Below, one piece after another: positions 12,936 through 27,419 of a stretch of 64,000 nucleotides of DNA (positions within the stretch are counted from its first letter, which is position 1; each line of letters opens with the position of its first letter). The position numbers and the translations under genes were made by a program. The DNA is from Octopus vulgaris (Eukaryota), in the NCBI GenBank assembly GCA_951406725.2, contig OX597821.1:4836001-4900000 (forward strand), read 5' to 3'. The notes beneath the pieces were generated by a model. It was not told the DNA's origin. It did not search any database and saw nothing but the letters and a program-made list of their open reading frames with translations.

Positions 12936-13460
12936 ACTGACAGAAAGATATATGCAAATAGGCCAGACATCATATTGAAAGACTTCAGACAAAGAACATG
13001 CCTCCTCATTGATATGACAGTCCCAATCGATATAAACGTATCTATCAAGACCTACCAAAAACTGAGCAAATATAAAGATCTTGAAATAGAAATCAGCAAA
13101 ATGTGGAACCTGAATACTAAAACAATACCTGTTGTCATAGGTGCCCTGGGAATGATAGCGAAAGGGGCTGATTGCTACCTAACTCAGATACCAGGAAATC
13201 CCAAAAATGGCAGATATTCAAAAGATAGTGCTCATGGGAACTGCTCATATCCGACGCAAAATACTTTCTATGTAATCTTAAGGTTTAAAACAAACATAAT
13301 TTGTTCTTTTAGACATCCACTAGTACAACACAAAAAAAACAACCAAATATATGGTACACTAGGCATAACAACAACGTGAACTTCCAACCTGTTGTCTCTT
13401 GAGGTCTCTGGGTGAGACTTGGAGCCAACTTGTACAAATATAAAGCAAAAGTCAAACATA
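12936..13460 (+). mobile_element. 3' fragment of an RLE-type non-LTR retrotransposon (R4/Dong-like), ending in (TAA)n
   Basis: TDRKIYANRPDIILKD..CLLIDMTVP..KLSKYKDLEIEISKMW..IPVVIGALG is a PD-(D/E)xK restriction-like endonuclease; frameshifted end IQKIVLMGTAHIRRKILSM*; 3' UTR then (TAA)n. Confidence 0.88.
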
Positions 13461-13575
<115 letters not shown>

Positions 13576-13615
13576 TGATAATAATAATAACAATAATAAT
13601 AATAATAATAATAAA

Positions 13616-13990
13616 CAAAGACCTACTCATTGAAATTGAGAAAATGTGGCATCTCAAGGCGGTTACAATACCAGTGATCGTAGGAGCACTAGGAATGATC
13701 AAGAAGGGAACCGAAAATTATATGAGAATGATCCCTGGCTTACCATCCCTGCAAGAAGTGCAAAAGATTGTCTTAACTGGTACATCACACGTATTGAGAA
13801 GAGCATTGTCGATGTGAGAACTGTTGCTGCTCATGTATTTTAATTTAACTTTAAAAAAAAAAAAAAAATGAACGAACTACTGAGTTCGGTTTAATAGCCT
13901 ACCAATGAATACTATGAGTTTCTTTGCCCTAGGAGTCGGGAAGACACTCGGCAAGAAATGGAAGCAGATTTGAAAGAAGAAAAAAAAAAA
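13616..13990 (+). mobile_element. Second RLE LINE 3' fragment within the (TAA)n tract
   Basis: KDLLIEIEKMWHLKAVTIPVIVGALGMIKKG..LQEVQKIVLTGTSHVLRRALSM*, flanked by TAA repeats. Confidence 0.85.
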
Positions 13991-14650
13991 TAATAATAAT
14001 AATAATAACAACAACAACAACAGTATTGACTACGTCCCAAACGGGAATTGAACGCAAAATGGATCAGGCTATAACTAAAACCGCTTTCAGTATTCTTGAA
14101 ATGTATGCCACAATGCAGTCACTCCTGTACAGTAATTAAGGAAGAAGAAATAGGCACATATTTTCTGCTCTGTAAGCATCCTTAGACTAATTCCATATTT
14201 TTGTCAATCTCTCCTTCCCCTTGAGAGAACACTATAGAATAAGATGCGTAAGCTATCGTTCTGTGTTTTTCAATGTGGTTGTAAATAATTCTCTGTATGT
14301 ATGCGTAATAAGAAAGCAGATCGGATGGTATCTACGCGTTCTGTTTCGAAGATAAAAAGCTAGGTGTGTAGGTAGGTTGTTCGGCATGTTGGTAAATAGG
14401 TAAGTGAGATGCGAGGGAGTTTTCTAGTTAGCTACATTATCCACGTTGGTAAATACGTAGATATATGGACAGGTGAATAGATAAGACACATAGGAAGGAA
14501 AGATTGATGGATGAATGGATACATTGGGGGAATAATTATATACTCACATGTATGAGCATGTATGTATGTTTATATATAAGTATATACACACGTTCACACA
14601 CACACATATATATATACACATATAGAGGGATATATATGTTCATGTGTTTG

Positions 14651-14703
<53 letters not shown>

Positions 14704-14723
14704 GTAAGCATGTACGTATATGC

Positions 14724-14777
<54 letters not shown>

Positions 14778-14799
14778 ATTATTTATATATATAAATGTA

Positions 14800-14837
<38 letters not shown>

Positions 14838-15044
14838 AGAGAGAGAAGAGAGAGAAGGAGAGATAATTATAAGTATACATAGTTGGTTACAGAGAAATAA
14901 CTTCCGTGGATACACATACATTTCACGTACGGAATAGTGACGATGTACATGTGTGCGTTTGTGTGTGTGTGTTAGTGTGTGTTGTGTATCCGTGTGTGTA
15001 TAGACATACGCACACATACAGATGTTTAGGTATATATAAGTATG

Positions 15045-15085
<41 letters not shown>

Positions 15086-15285
15086 GCATATATGCATATA
15101 TATGTACATACATGCACATTTGAACATGCATGCAATTTCTGTATATACATATATAGATATATGTGAAGGTTAAAAATGTGGATGTGTGTGTGGGTGCGTG
15201 TCTACGTTTGTACGCATAAAACACCTACGTATATATACACATACACATATATACATATATATATATACATACATACATACATATG

Positions 15286-15340
<55 letters not shown>

Positions 15341-15780
15341 GTGTATACACGTATCTTCATATAAAATAAGATACACATAAGAACATTTTCTGCAAAATAT
15401 ATCAACAAAGCAGAGGCAACGTTATTGCAAAAGGAATAATACGTAGGTATATATTTCTTCCACGCCGTTACGTCCAATTCTGTTCACCATTTTACACACC
15501 AGTCTCTACCGCATGCTTGCTTCGAATATCCTCCTGTTTGCATTCCAACCAATTACTCATTATTTTTTTATACAGCAGTGTGGGTAGAAAATATGCAGAA
15601 TACAAACGTGTACTAATGCACATTTACAGATACATATGTGTTAAATGAACGTAGCGGAGGCCTCGTCTATTCTCGGTTTCGCGACGTATGGTTTTTTTCA
15701 TGCCATTCTCTACTCTGATCTGTTTCTATTTTTTTTACTTTTTTCTATTTCATTATAGATTTGTTTGTCGAGCCTTTGTT

Positions 15781-15935
<155 letters not shown>

Positions 15936-16299
15936 CACATATATATATATGTGTGTGTGTATATGTATGTATATATGCATGTATGTATGTATGTATGTAT
16001 GTATACATGATCTTCTTTTCAGTTCTGTATTGTTTTTTTTTATTATTAGATTTCTTCTTATTTGAGGTTTTCTGGAAGACATCATCATGTGTCTTTCTCT
16101 TGCTGACTGATGGATATCAGAAACAATCTACCACTCATCATACACATGCCTGAACAACACAAACAAGCATTGGCCCAATAGACAGAGGCATTACGGTAGG
16201 CATATTTATGTGTATGTGCATATATATATATATATACATATATGGATATATGCGTAAGTATACGAATGTATATACAGGCAACAGGCAGACAGACAGAGA

Positions 16300-16302
16300 A
16301 AC

Positions 16303-16335
<33 letters not shown>

Positions 16336-16359
16336 TATAGATAGATAGATAGATAGATA

Positions 16360-16400
<41 letters not shown>

Positions 16401-16484
16401 TAGATGGGCAGATAGATAGATCGATGATAGATAGATAGAGAGATTGATTGATAGATATATAGATAGGTAGATATATAGATATAT

Positions 16485-16527
<43 letters not shown>

Positions 16528-16528
16528 C

Positions 16529-16561
<33 letters not shown>

Positions 16562-16642
16562 TAGATAGATAGATAGATAGATATACACATAGATAGTTAG
16601 ATAGACAAATAGATAGTTAGATAGATAGATAAATAGATAGAC

Positions 16643-16708
<66 letters not shown>

Positions 16709-16760
16709 GCAGACAAACAGATAGATAGATAGATAGATAAATGGATTGATAGGTATATAG
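16300..16760. repeat. (GATA)n/(GATT)n microsatellite
   Basis: Directly visible. Confidence 0.95.
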
Positions 16761-17019
16761 ATAGATATGCAGAGAGGCGTAAGCACAGAGATAGTTAAAA
16801 AGAGAGATGAAGAGAGAGAGAAGCAAAGAGACAAACAAACTGATTGATAGAAGTGTGAATGTGTGATTGTGTGTGTACAAGTGATTCTGTACGTACACAT
16901 GTGAGGGCAAATATCTCGGTGTAGATCTGCTAATATTGCTTTGTGAGAATGAGAATGTGTGTATGTGTCTGTATGTGGTTCCGTCTCTCTGTCTGTGTGT
17001 GAGTGTATCTCAGTGCATG

Positions 17020-17062
<43 letters not shown>

Positions 17063-17487
17063 GCTCGTGTGTGTGTGTGTGTGTAGTTCTGTTATCAATG
17101 CGCTAAGGTATATCACTTTGTGTAGCTGCCACTGTTAGGGTATTTTCTTCTGTTGATTGTCTGTATCAATTCACGTATTTTACAATTGTTCAAGAAACTT
17201 CTTTTTTTTAACGTGCTACAAATTCATGTTTTGTTTGTTTCCTTTTCCTTTCATATCTTATATTTATTTTTGTCTTCTAAGTTTTTAACTTCATTCTGCC
17301 AATGCACAGATGTGCTTTTCTAATTCCTCTTTTGGTCTGTCTGTAAGATGATAGGGAATGTGTGACTATGTGTCAGTTTACGCATAGCCATACTTATATG
17401 CATGTATATAATACATATATATATATATATATATATACAAAAATATGTATACATATATATATCTATATCTATCTATCTATCGATCTA

Positions 17488-17541
<54 letters not shown>

Positions 17542-18351
17542 CAATATACACACACGTATGTGTGTATGTATATATATATATATATATCTATATATATATA
17601 CACATATATTATGCGCAGGTATAAAAGCCTATATATAAACATCAATGCATGCATACATGAAAAACGCACACACATATGTGTGTATATGCTTATACATTTT
17701 TCTACATACATATATGTCTAAATATGCGTTCATGTGAGTGTATGTCTATATACACACTAATACACACATATACACATACACACATATGTGAGAATGTGTG
17801 TGTGTATGTCTGTGTGTGTGTCTGTGTATGTGGGTGTATGTGTGTGTGTGTGTGTGTGTGTCTGTGTGTCTGTGTTTTCACATTGAGAAAGCCAGAACGC
17901 ATGCCAATAAACACCTTGTCAATGTCCAATGCAGCAATTCTGTACACCCTGAACTTCAGACAAGATTGAAATATGCAGATAGAGAGTCATATAATAAGAC
18001 AAGTAAAAACGAAGAGAAAACATAATAATAAAATGCTCAGTAAAAGATTACCAAAAGAAAACGTGGAATGGTAAGAAATAGCCGAAAAATAAATCAAGGA
18101 ATTTCAGCAGATTCGGTTTGAGTTAATTCTTTCCCGTGTGCCATAGACTATCCCAATTCGTTCACATTTTGGGACAAAATAAATGCATCGCTTGATAGAT
18201 CGGGGAAACTGCCATAGGATGAAATATATATCTTGTGTTCTTGCTGATTTCCTTCACCATTTATTTCTAATTTCTTTTGTTCAGTATGTATCCTATAAAA
18301 CGTGTGCACACACGAACACACACACACACATACGCAGGTATATACAAGTAA

Positions 18352-18382
<31 letters not shown>

Positions 18383-18959
18383 CACACTTATATATATATA
18401 TATATATATACATGTATATGCATACATATATACATATACATATATACGCTCATACATATATATATATATAAATTCATATACATATATATATATATACATA
18501 TATGTATATACATATACACATATACACATATACATATTAACACACATACATCTATATATATATATATATATATACATATATATGTATATATATATGTACA
18601 TATATATATAGACGTACATACAAGAGTATAATTGTGTGTATATAGGCAGGTACCTATGTATGTTTATTCATATAAGTATATATGTATGAATACACACACG
18701 CACACGTGCGCACATACACAGAATCTCATACGAACAGCCGTACGGTTGGCGTGATGCTGATGTTTCTTACCGCATTCTTTTGTTACTCATTTATTCTTAC
18801 ATTTGTGATGATTGATTTGCTTTGACGATGTCCAAAGCCGATGAAGAGTTAACAATCTAGGAAAGCTACTGAAAGTTAGTATGTGTGAAGTGAGAAGAAA
18901 CAGGCACTAGATGTTGAAGATAAATACTCCCGCACGGAGATGATATTCGAAGAACGTCT

Positions 18960-19593
<634 letters not shown>

Positions 19594-19594
19594 T

Positions 19595-19863
19595 GACGAA
19601 AACTCTCAGTTTATTTTGCTTGGTATGATCGAAAGTGTTAACTGCTCCACAGCCAACAGACTAAGGTGACACTTTTATTTACTTGTCATGATTCAGGAAC
19701 CCAGCGAATTATTCATGCAGTTTCAGACAATCCTGGAATTATCTTTACCTTTGTACCAGACTTTTCGAGCGATGCTGGTAGCTGAGTGCTGATACTTCCA
19801 AGTGTGCTACTTACTGTTGCTATCACGTCCACCCTCATCATTGACCACAACTTCGTACTTCCC
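19595..19863 (-). mobile_element. RLE LINE 3' fragment ending at (TAA)n
   Basis: Minus-strand translation KLWSMMRVDVIATVSSTLGSISTQLPASLEK..ETA*IIRWVPES* resembles the RLE C-terminus (W..V.VIP.VVGALG); 3' end abuts the (ATT)n tract. Confidence 0.65.
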
Positions 19864-19889
19864 TCTTCAAATCGTCATCATTAATATTA

Positions 19890-20258
19890 TTGCGTGAGAG
19901 AGCACCCCTAACCCTCAAAGTGACAATGGGATACAAATATACGAAGTCATTATATGAAGCTCACTACACCCATCATAATAACCTGTCTGAGAAAGGTACA
20001 GCAGGCACTTGCATCACATCCACAATTTTTCAGGTCGAGAAGCCCATCTCACTCAAAAGGTCCCCCCAAATCCTAAAGAATTCCTCTCAACACATAGCTA
20101 CGATGCTTCCCCACATCCCATGGTCATGGTCAGAGATGCATGTATCATCAACCACTGAGAAACGCCATCAACTGGTTAAGGTCAAGTCATTGACAAGCAC
20201 ATTTGTGGTACTGAGCAGACAATTTGCGCTATCCCATCTTTATACCAAGACAAATCAT
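19890..20258 (+). repeat. Unclassified interspersed repeat, internally deleted copy of 43575-44128
   Basis: Shared blocks gtgagagagca, tcaaagtgaca, aaatatacgaag, tacacccatcat, tcagagatgca, tcaactggttaa, tgtggta.tgagcaga, tttataccaag. Confidence 0.8.
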
Positions 20259-21035
20259 ATTCATCTTCCACCAGGAAGATACCCAAAAGTTATTAGATCA
20301 TATGAACTCAATAAAGCGATCCTTACAGTCCCCAATGGAAAAAGAAAAAGACGATCAGCTAGCTTTCCTGGACGTATTAATAACACGCACCAAGTATGAA
20401 TTCAGGACATCAGTATACCGCAAACTAGCCTTCAGTGGCGGATACCTCAACTTCAATTTCCACCATCCACACAGTGTAAGGATGGGGATTGCTCAGTGCC
20501 TAAAACATCGACCAAAGAATATAAGTAGCGATCGTGATATCCACCACGAAGAAATGATCAAGCTCAGTAACAATCTATTAAACAACAACTACTCACAAAA
20601 CATACTATCCAATCCAATTATGAAGAAAAGAAATGATGAAACATATAGAGTTCCCACAGTCTGTCTATACTATGTGAAAGGTCTCTCCGAAAAGATACGA
20701 GAGACATGCGGCCCATGTGTCATCAGGACAGTATTCAAGCCTAATACAACACTTCGCAAATATCTCCTTCGAGTAAAACCAACAATAGAAGAGAATATAA
20801 CCAAATACTGTGTGTATTCCATCCCATGCAGTTGTGGTAGATTATAGAAAGGCGAAACATGCCGCCCCTTCAAAATAAGAGTAGACGAACATCGGAAAGC
20901 TGTGACACGAGGAGATAATGATAAATCGGGTATAGCTGATCATGTATGGAAAAATGGAGACCACCTGCCCCTGTGGAGAAAGTGAAAATAATAGATAGAG
21001 AATACTACTGGAAAATACGAAAACTAAAAGAAGCA
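20259..21035 (+). mobile_element. Penelope-like element fragment (RT thumb plus GIY-YIG), pseudogenised
   Basis: MEKEKDDQLAFLDVLI..TSVYRK..YLNFNFHHP..YVKGLSEKI..CVYSIPCSCGRL*KGETCRPFKIRVDEHRKA..SGIADHVW. Confidence 0.92.
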
Positions 21036-21059
21036 GTGTGTGTGTGTGTGTGCGTGTAT

Positions 21060-21435
21060 TTACCTTTTATTTTTTTACTTGTTTCAATCAGTTGACTGCG
21101 GCCATGCTGAGGAACTGCCTTGAAGGACGCTCATCGAAGGAATCTTCTCCCGGACTTACTTCTTGTGAAAGCATAGCAATATGCTATCGGCCTCTTTGTC
21201 TGAACCGTTCGGTTACGTAGCCACGAGCACCGGTTGTGAAGCAGTGCAAACCATACACAATGACATAAACACCTTGATATATAGGTACATATATATAAAT
21301 ATACGGCGGGATTCTTTCCCCTTTCCGTCCACCTAATCCTCTCACAAAAATTTAGTCGCCTCAAGGTTATCGTAGACGACACATGCCCATGGCGCTACCA
21401 TGTGAGACGCAACCCGAAAACATGAGGTTGGGCAG
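21060..21435 (-). mobile_element. Degenerate family B SINE
   Basis: tttacttgtttcaatcagttgactgcggccatgctga tail and caacccgaaaacatgaggttggg head relic. Confidence 0.7.
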
Positions 21436-21436
21436 C

Positions 21437-21552
<116 letters not shown>

Positions 21553-21562
21553 TGTGTGTGTG

Positions 21563-21756
21563 GGGGGAACGCAATGGCCCAGTGGTTAGGGCAGCAGACT
21601 CGCGGTTGTAGGATCGCGGTTTCAATTCCCAGACCGGTCATTGTGAGTGTTTATTGAGCAAAAACACCTAAAGATCCAGGAGGCTAAAACAATGTTAAGC
21701 GCATTGTGACCAGCGATGTGTAGCAACATTTGATAGCCTGGTTGGTCACGGTGACG

Positions 21757-21760
<4 letters not shown>
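21563..21760 (+). mobile_element. tRNA-derived SINE family A
   Basis: gcaatggcccagtggttagggcagc (A box), ggtttcaattccc (B box); same head as 42792-43118. Confidence 0.85.
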
Positions 21761-21803
<43 letters not shown>

Positions 21804-21824
21804 GTATATACATATACATATATA

Positions 21825-21990
21825 ATACAGTTCTATATTTGACAAATGAGGAATTATGTACGCTATTTACATTATTTGCAGTTGACGGATATTTGTCCTC
21901 ACCTTGTCTGTTGTTAACACAACGTTTCGGCTGATATACTCTCTAGCCTGCAGCAGGGAACTTAAGGAATTTCGAACCTGGCTTCTCATT
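21825..21990 (-). mobile_element. PLE terminal-repeat-like segment with decayed hammerhead
   Basis: Minus strand 21917-21959: CTGCTGC-a-ggct..agcc-GAAA-cg-TT-gtgt (core CTGATGA mutated); abuts (TA)n. Confidence 0.55.
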
Positions 21991-22014
21991 CGTATTATTA
22001 TAATTATTATTATT

Positions 22015-22541
22015 AAACTACCACAGCTCCATAGGATTGATTACACCCAGTCTTTGGTCATATTCTCTTCTATTGGAGGTTTTCCGCGAAAGAGATTTTT
22101 GCGAAGTGTTGTATTACACGTCAATACTGTTCTGATGTCATATGAGCTGCATATCTTTTGTATCTTTTGAGAGAGGCCTTTCACATAGGGTAGGCAGACT
22201 GTGGTCAGTTTATGGGTTTCATCCTCTCTTTTCTTCATAATTTGATTGGATAGTATATTTTGGGTATAGTAGTTGCTTGACAGATTGTTACTGAGCTTTA
22301 TCATTTCTGCATGGTGTGTATCAAGTTCGCTACTTATATTCTTTGTCCAATGTTTTAGGCACTGTATGGATAGTGGGAAATGAAGCTGAGGTATCGTCCA
22401 CTGAAGATCGGCTTTCGGTATATAGATATCTTGGATCCATTACTTTTCCATTGAGAACTGTATGGATGGCTTTATTGAGGTAACCTGATCTAACAGTACG
22501 TGGACATCTTCCTGGTGGGGCCAGAGTATAAAGGTGTCGTC
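22015..22541 (-). mobile_element. Penelope-like element fragment, inverted 5' part
   Basis: Minus strand reads DDTFILWPHQEDV..MIKLSNNLSSNYY..VCLPYVKGLSQKI..SCG; same family as 20259-21035. Confidence 0.9.
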
Positions 22542-22860
22542 ATTCCCATTTAGCTGTAGTATATTATACAAAGGCGAAACATGCCGCCCCCTCAAAATAA
22601 GTGTGGAGGAACAGAGCAAAGTTGTGACAGGAGGAGATATTGATAAACTGGGTATAACTGATTGTTATATAACCACCTAACTCTGTGGGATGATGTTAAA
22701 ATAATTGACAGAGAGCGCCACTGGAAAATATGAAAACTAAAAGAAGCAGCACATATGCTAGGACATAATGACCTCCTAAGCAGTGTAGATATGAGTGGCA
22801 TATGGGAACCGGTATTAAAGAAGGATAGGAAAATATTAGAGCACCAACTTTAGACGAACA
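22542..22860 (+). mobile_element. Penelope-like element GIY-YIG C-terminal part
   Basis: IPFSCSILYKGETCRPLKISVEE..WDDVKIIDRERHWKI*KLKEAAHM. Confidence 0.88.
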
Positions 22861-22884
22861 AGTAGACCCCCATGGCGTATTTTT

Positions 22885-23165
22885 TGTATACCTAGCACTT
22901 ATTCTACTGGTCTTTTTGCCGAGGCGCTAGGCTACCGAGAGATAAGCAAACCAGCATTGGCTGTCAAGCGATGGCACGGTGACAAGCAGACACACTCACA
23001 CACATATATTTATATATATATGATGGGCTTCTTTCAGTTTCTGTCTACCTTATCCACACACAAGGATTAGGTCGTTCCGACGCTATAGTAGAAGACACTT
23101 GCCCAAGATGCCACGCAGGGGACTAAAACCAGAACCAGTTGTTCCTTATCAAACAGCCACTCATG
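22885..23165 (-). mobile_element. Family B SINE
   Basis: ctatagtagaagacacttgcccaagatgccacgcaggggact and gggcttctttcagtttctgtctacc. Confidence 0.8.
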
Positions 23166-23189
23166 TGTGTGAGTATGTGTGTGGTTGTG

Positions 23190-23246
<57 letters not shown>

Positions 23247-23450
23247 TATCGATGGAAGCATTACTAATACCAAATAGCAATCACTATACCCCAGTTAACC
23301 TTATGTATTTTAGAATGCCATCTCTTTGCGACATCAATGAATGCAAAATGCCCCGTTATTTTATGTATCATTAGCTGGCATGTGGCAAGCGAACGCCTAC
23401 TTCTGGGGGCATGCATCTATATGTGCTTCTATGTATGTGCGTGTGTCAAT

Positions 23451-23492
<42 letters not shown>

Positions 23493-24368
23493 TGCGTGCG
23501 TGTGTTCTTAGGAAGGTGTCTATCTGTACGTATCTGTTGATAATAACACCGAGAGAAAGAATATAAGAAAATTATATGTATGTAAATCCATATATAGTTT
23601 TTTTAATGGAGAGGCATGTAGGTACGTTGATGGAGAAAGAAGAGCGAGAGAAAAACAGACAGACAGACAGACAAACAGACAAATAGACAGACATTGCTGG
23701 ATGAAAAGGCATTGATATTTTAGGTCTGGACTAATAAAAAAATTTTATGCGTTGAGTAATTTTTACTTGATTTGTGTATAAAAATATACACACATTGATA
23801 CGGCCATAATTTTCGTTTTTATATGTGCTTTTTTTCATATATGTGTGTGCGTCGGAACGTGTATACACGTTATTGTACTCCTATTTGTATGCAAGCAAGT
23901 GCATAAAACAACGAAACATATAAATAAATAGCCTCTGAAAAGTTCACTATTCAACAAAGTGCCAGGCTTATTTTCAATAGCATACAAAATGGACAGAAAG
24001 ATTTGCGATGGAATGAAAAAAAGAAAATAAACATAGAAATACACAAACCTAAATAGAACTTTTCTAAAGATAATTTACGGACCAAAGAGACGAAGATGTT
24101 TCAGCTTCAGATGTGTAAATATTAATTCAAAACATCTAACTTCTGTGTCTAAAGAGCCATTTGACTTTACAGCGTAAAATATGATATATTAATACAGCTA
24201 CTTATTCCCCATTGCAATGAGCACAGATGCACAAAGCACACGATTACTCACACATACATATACTACATTGATGTTGTCCGATGCAACTCTACGTAAGTGA
24301 TGTGTTTGTGTATGCGTCTATAAACACAGACACACATACATCATATAGATATATATGTATGTATGTAT

Positions 24369-24465
<97 letters not shown>

Positions 24466-24613
24466 GTTATATTGCTGTGTACCTTCTGATGCCTCTAGGG
24501 GTTTCGATACTATAAATATACTATACAGACGATTTTTTCACAGGCCAAAGCAATGATATATTAACACACATTTTTGTTTTTATTGATAAAACACGTTGCT
24601 GTCTTTCTGTCTG

Positions 24614-24677
<64 letters not shown>

Positions 24678-24779
24678 TTTCTGTCTCAGCCTTCTTCCTT
24701 ATGTGTATGTGTGTATATATGCATATGTCAGCATGTGTGAGACTGTCTGCGGTGCCAGTGTAGTTATTTATATGCTTAA

Positions 24780-24879
<100 letters not shown>

Positions 24880-25720
24880 GCGAGTGTGTGTCTATGTATT
24901 TGTATGTATTTAACTTTATTCATTGAGATTTGGCATATGTAAGATGAAATATGCAATATAATATGTACGTTTACGTGTGAATATCATGTGTGCACTTAAG
25001 CAGCCCTGTTTGTACGCTACAAATATTATTACAAAATTCGGTCTTATATAAATTTAAAATATTGATTCTATACTAAGCGGACGCGGTTTGGCATCTTCCG
25101 ATCTCAATAGCATTGATATAGAAATAAACACCACGATGCTGCATCAGAGCAGAAATGCACCCCTGAAAGCTCATTTGGTCTACACGTTTCTCTTCACCAT
25201 ATCACATTCCTTTACTGGTAAATATATAATTAATTGTGTTTAGTGTACTGGCTTTCATTTATGCATGGTTGTTTGAAGAAGTATATCGGAAAACTTTAAG
25301 CATTTCAATGTAGAGCTGGTCATATTCTCCTCCAGTGTTGTGTTTGTGGAATGATATAAACGATCGCGCTCTATTGTGCAACAGAACATGGACAGTGAAG
25401 GATATCTATCAGATTCCACTCTCTTGTAGGAATTTACATGTCATCTCGGATATGAGAAAATGATCCTGCATTTCATTCATTAGATGTGTAGGCTATACGA
25501 TTGACTGAGGTACTGATATGCTTTCCCTTCCGAATACGATATAGCACAAAACGAACAAAGTGAGTAAATACGACGCGTATCTTCTGTTCATGTGACAAAA
25601 ATCTTTTAGATTCGAATAAAATAAATTTCTTTGTTTAACTCACAGCCACTTTCACAACGTTGGGAAAATCTAAAACTATATTCAGTGACTGTGTGTGTAT
25701 ATATATGTACGTACACACAT

Positions 25721-25822
<102 letters not shown>

Positions 25823-25846
25823 ATGTGTGTGTATGTATGTTATGTA

Positions 25847-26600
25847 TATGTATATAAACTAGAGAACCACTATGTAGCAATTCAACAATGATATAATTAA
25901 ATCATACCATATAGAAAAAAATTAAATATACGATAAAACATATACCAATAATTTAGTAAAGTACAAAATAATAAATAAATAGTATATAATTGGTAAAAAA
26001 GCTACACGCGTTTCGTGTCTATATTTTCAAACTGATAACAGTAAAATCAATTCAATTGAATTATAGTCATTCATCAGGTCGAAGATAAAAATAATTAAAT
26101 AATTAAATAAATATATATACGTATATTATCTTATAAGAAAATATAAATATATACATAAAATGCGTAATTTTTAAATAAAAATCGAGCAAAATTCAATAAT
26201 AAACCTTAAAATAAAAACAGGAATTATCTTAACAAATATATTCTGTTAACTAAATCTTTAAACTTAATACATGGGACTTATTAATATTTATTTACTTTAT
26301 TGTTTTTATCTTGGACCTGATGAGTGACTATATTTAAAGTGAATTGAAACACGTGTTGTCTTTTTACCAAATATATACTATATATTTATTATTTAATACA
26401 TTACCTAATTATTGGTATATGTTTTATCGTATATTTAATGTTTTTCTATATGGTAAGATTTAATTATATCATTGTTGAAATGCTACGTTGTGGTTCTTCT
26501 CAAATTTATATACATATATTATATATTGTGAAATTTGATTTAGTATCACTAAACTGAATTCTTCCCTGAAAGTTTGGAATAATATTACCTAATATTATAT
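25847..26600 (+). mobile_element. Hairpin-plus-tail insertion with hammerhead motifs in both arms
   Basis: Inverted arms about 25847-26095 and 26285-26517, tail 26518-26600; CTGATGA..GAAAC(A/G)CGTG in each arm. Confidence 0.8.
26001..26080 (-). ncRNA. Type I hammerhead ribozyme motif, partly decayed
   Basis: gac-CTGATGA-atgactata...tatagacac-GAAA-cgcgtg-TA-gc; the + strand copy at 26314-26360 reads gac-CTGATGA-gtgactata..GAAA-cacgtg-TT-gtc. Confidence 0.6.
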
Positions 26601-26832
26601 ATATACACCTGTATGTGAGTGTGTTTGTGTGTTGTGTATATGCTCCTGTGTATGTATGCATATACACATACACACAGACATATATATATATATATATATA
26701 TATATACGCAAAATAAAATCAACTGATTCGGGGGTAGGTTTTATACTCAATGTGCACTGTGGAATTCTTGACGTAGATCCAGCGATGAGCTTGCAGTTTT
26801 CGTGGATGAATTAGCCATAAACAGTGACTGTG

Positions 26833-26945
26833 CTTTGAGGGTACACTGCCTTGGACATACTCAAAACGCAGTTCAGATTTTTATAATTTTGTATTTAAAT
26901 CTAAATTTGAAATACAACTTACACATACACGCACACACATGCATA

Positions 26946-27019
<74 letters not shown>

Positions 27020-27237
27020 AGAGTGTGTGTGTCTTCAAGCATTATCTAGTACTGCCTGAGTAATGATTCGTTTTGAAATTGTTACTTTAGTTCAAAACAA
27101 TCCAGCCTCAACGCTGGCAGATTTCTTTGAGGGTACACTGCTTTGGACATACTCAAAACGCAGTTCAGATTTTTATAATTTTGTATTTAAATCTAAATTT
27201 GAAATACAACTTACACATACACGCACACACATGCATA

Positions 27238-27311
<74 letters not shown>

Positions 27312-27419
27312 AGAGTGTGTGTGTCTTCAAGCATTATCTAGTACTGCCTGTGTAATGATTCGTTTTGAAATTGTTACTTTAGTTCAAAACAATCCAGCCT
27401 CAACGCTGGCAGATTTCTT
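26833..27419. repeat. Near-identical tandem duplication, units of about 292 bp
   Basis: ctttgagggtacactg...aacgctggcagatttctt occurs twice, differing mainly in internal (TA)n length. Confidence 0.95.

Noticed and set aside
16105-16130. ctgatggatatcagaaacaatc as a hammerhead
   Set aside because: The core is CUGAUGG and no consistent stems I and III form.
21570-21635. tRNA-like sequences (also near 43060, 52080 and 57620)
   Set aside because: They continue into SINE bodies and lack a complete cloverleaf, so they are SINE heads rather than tRNA genes.
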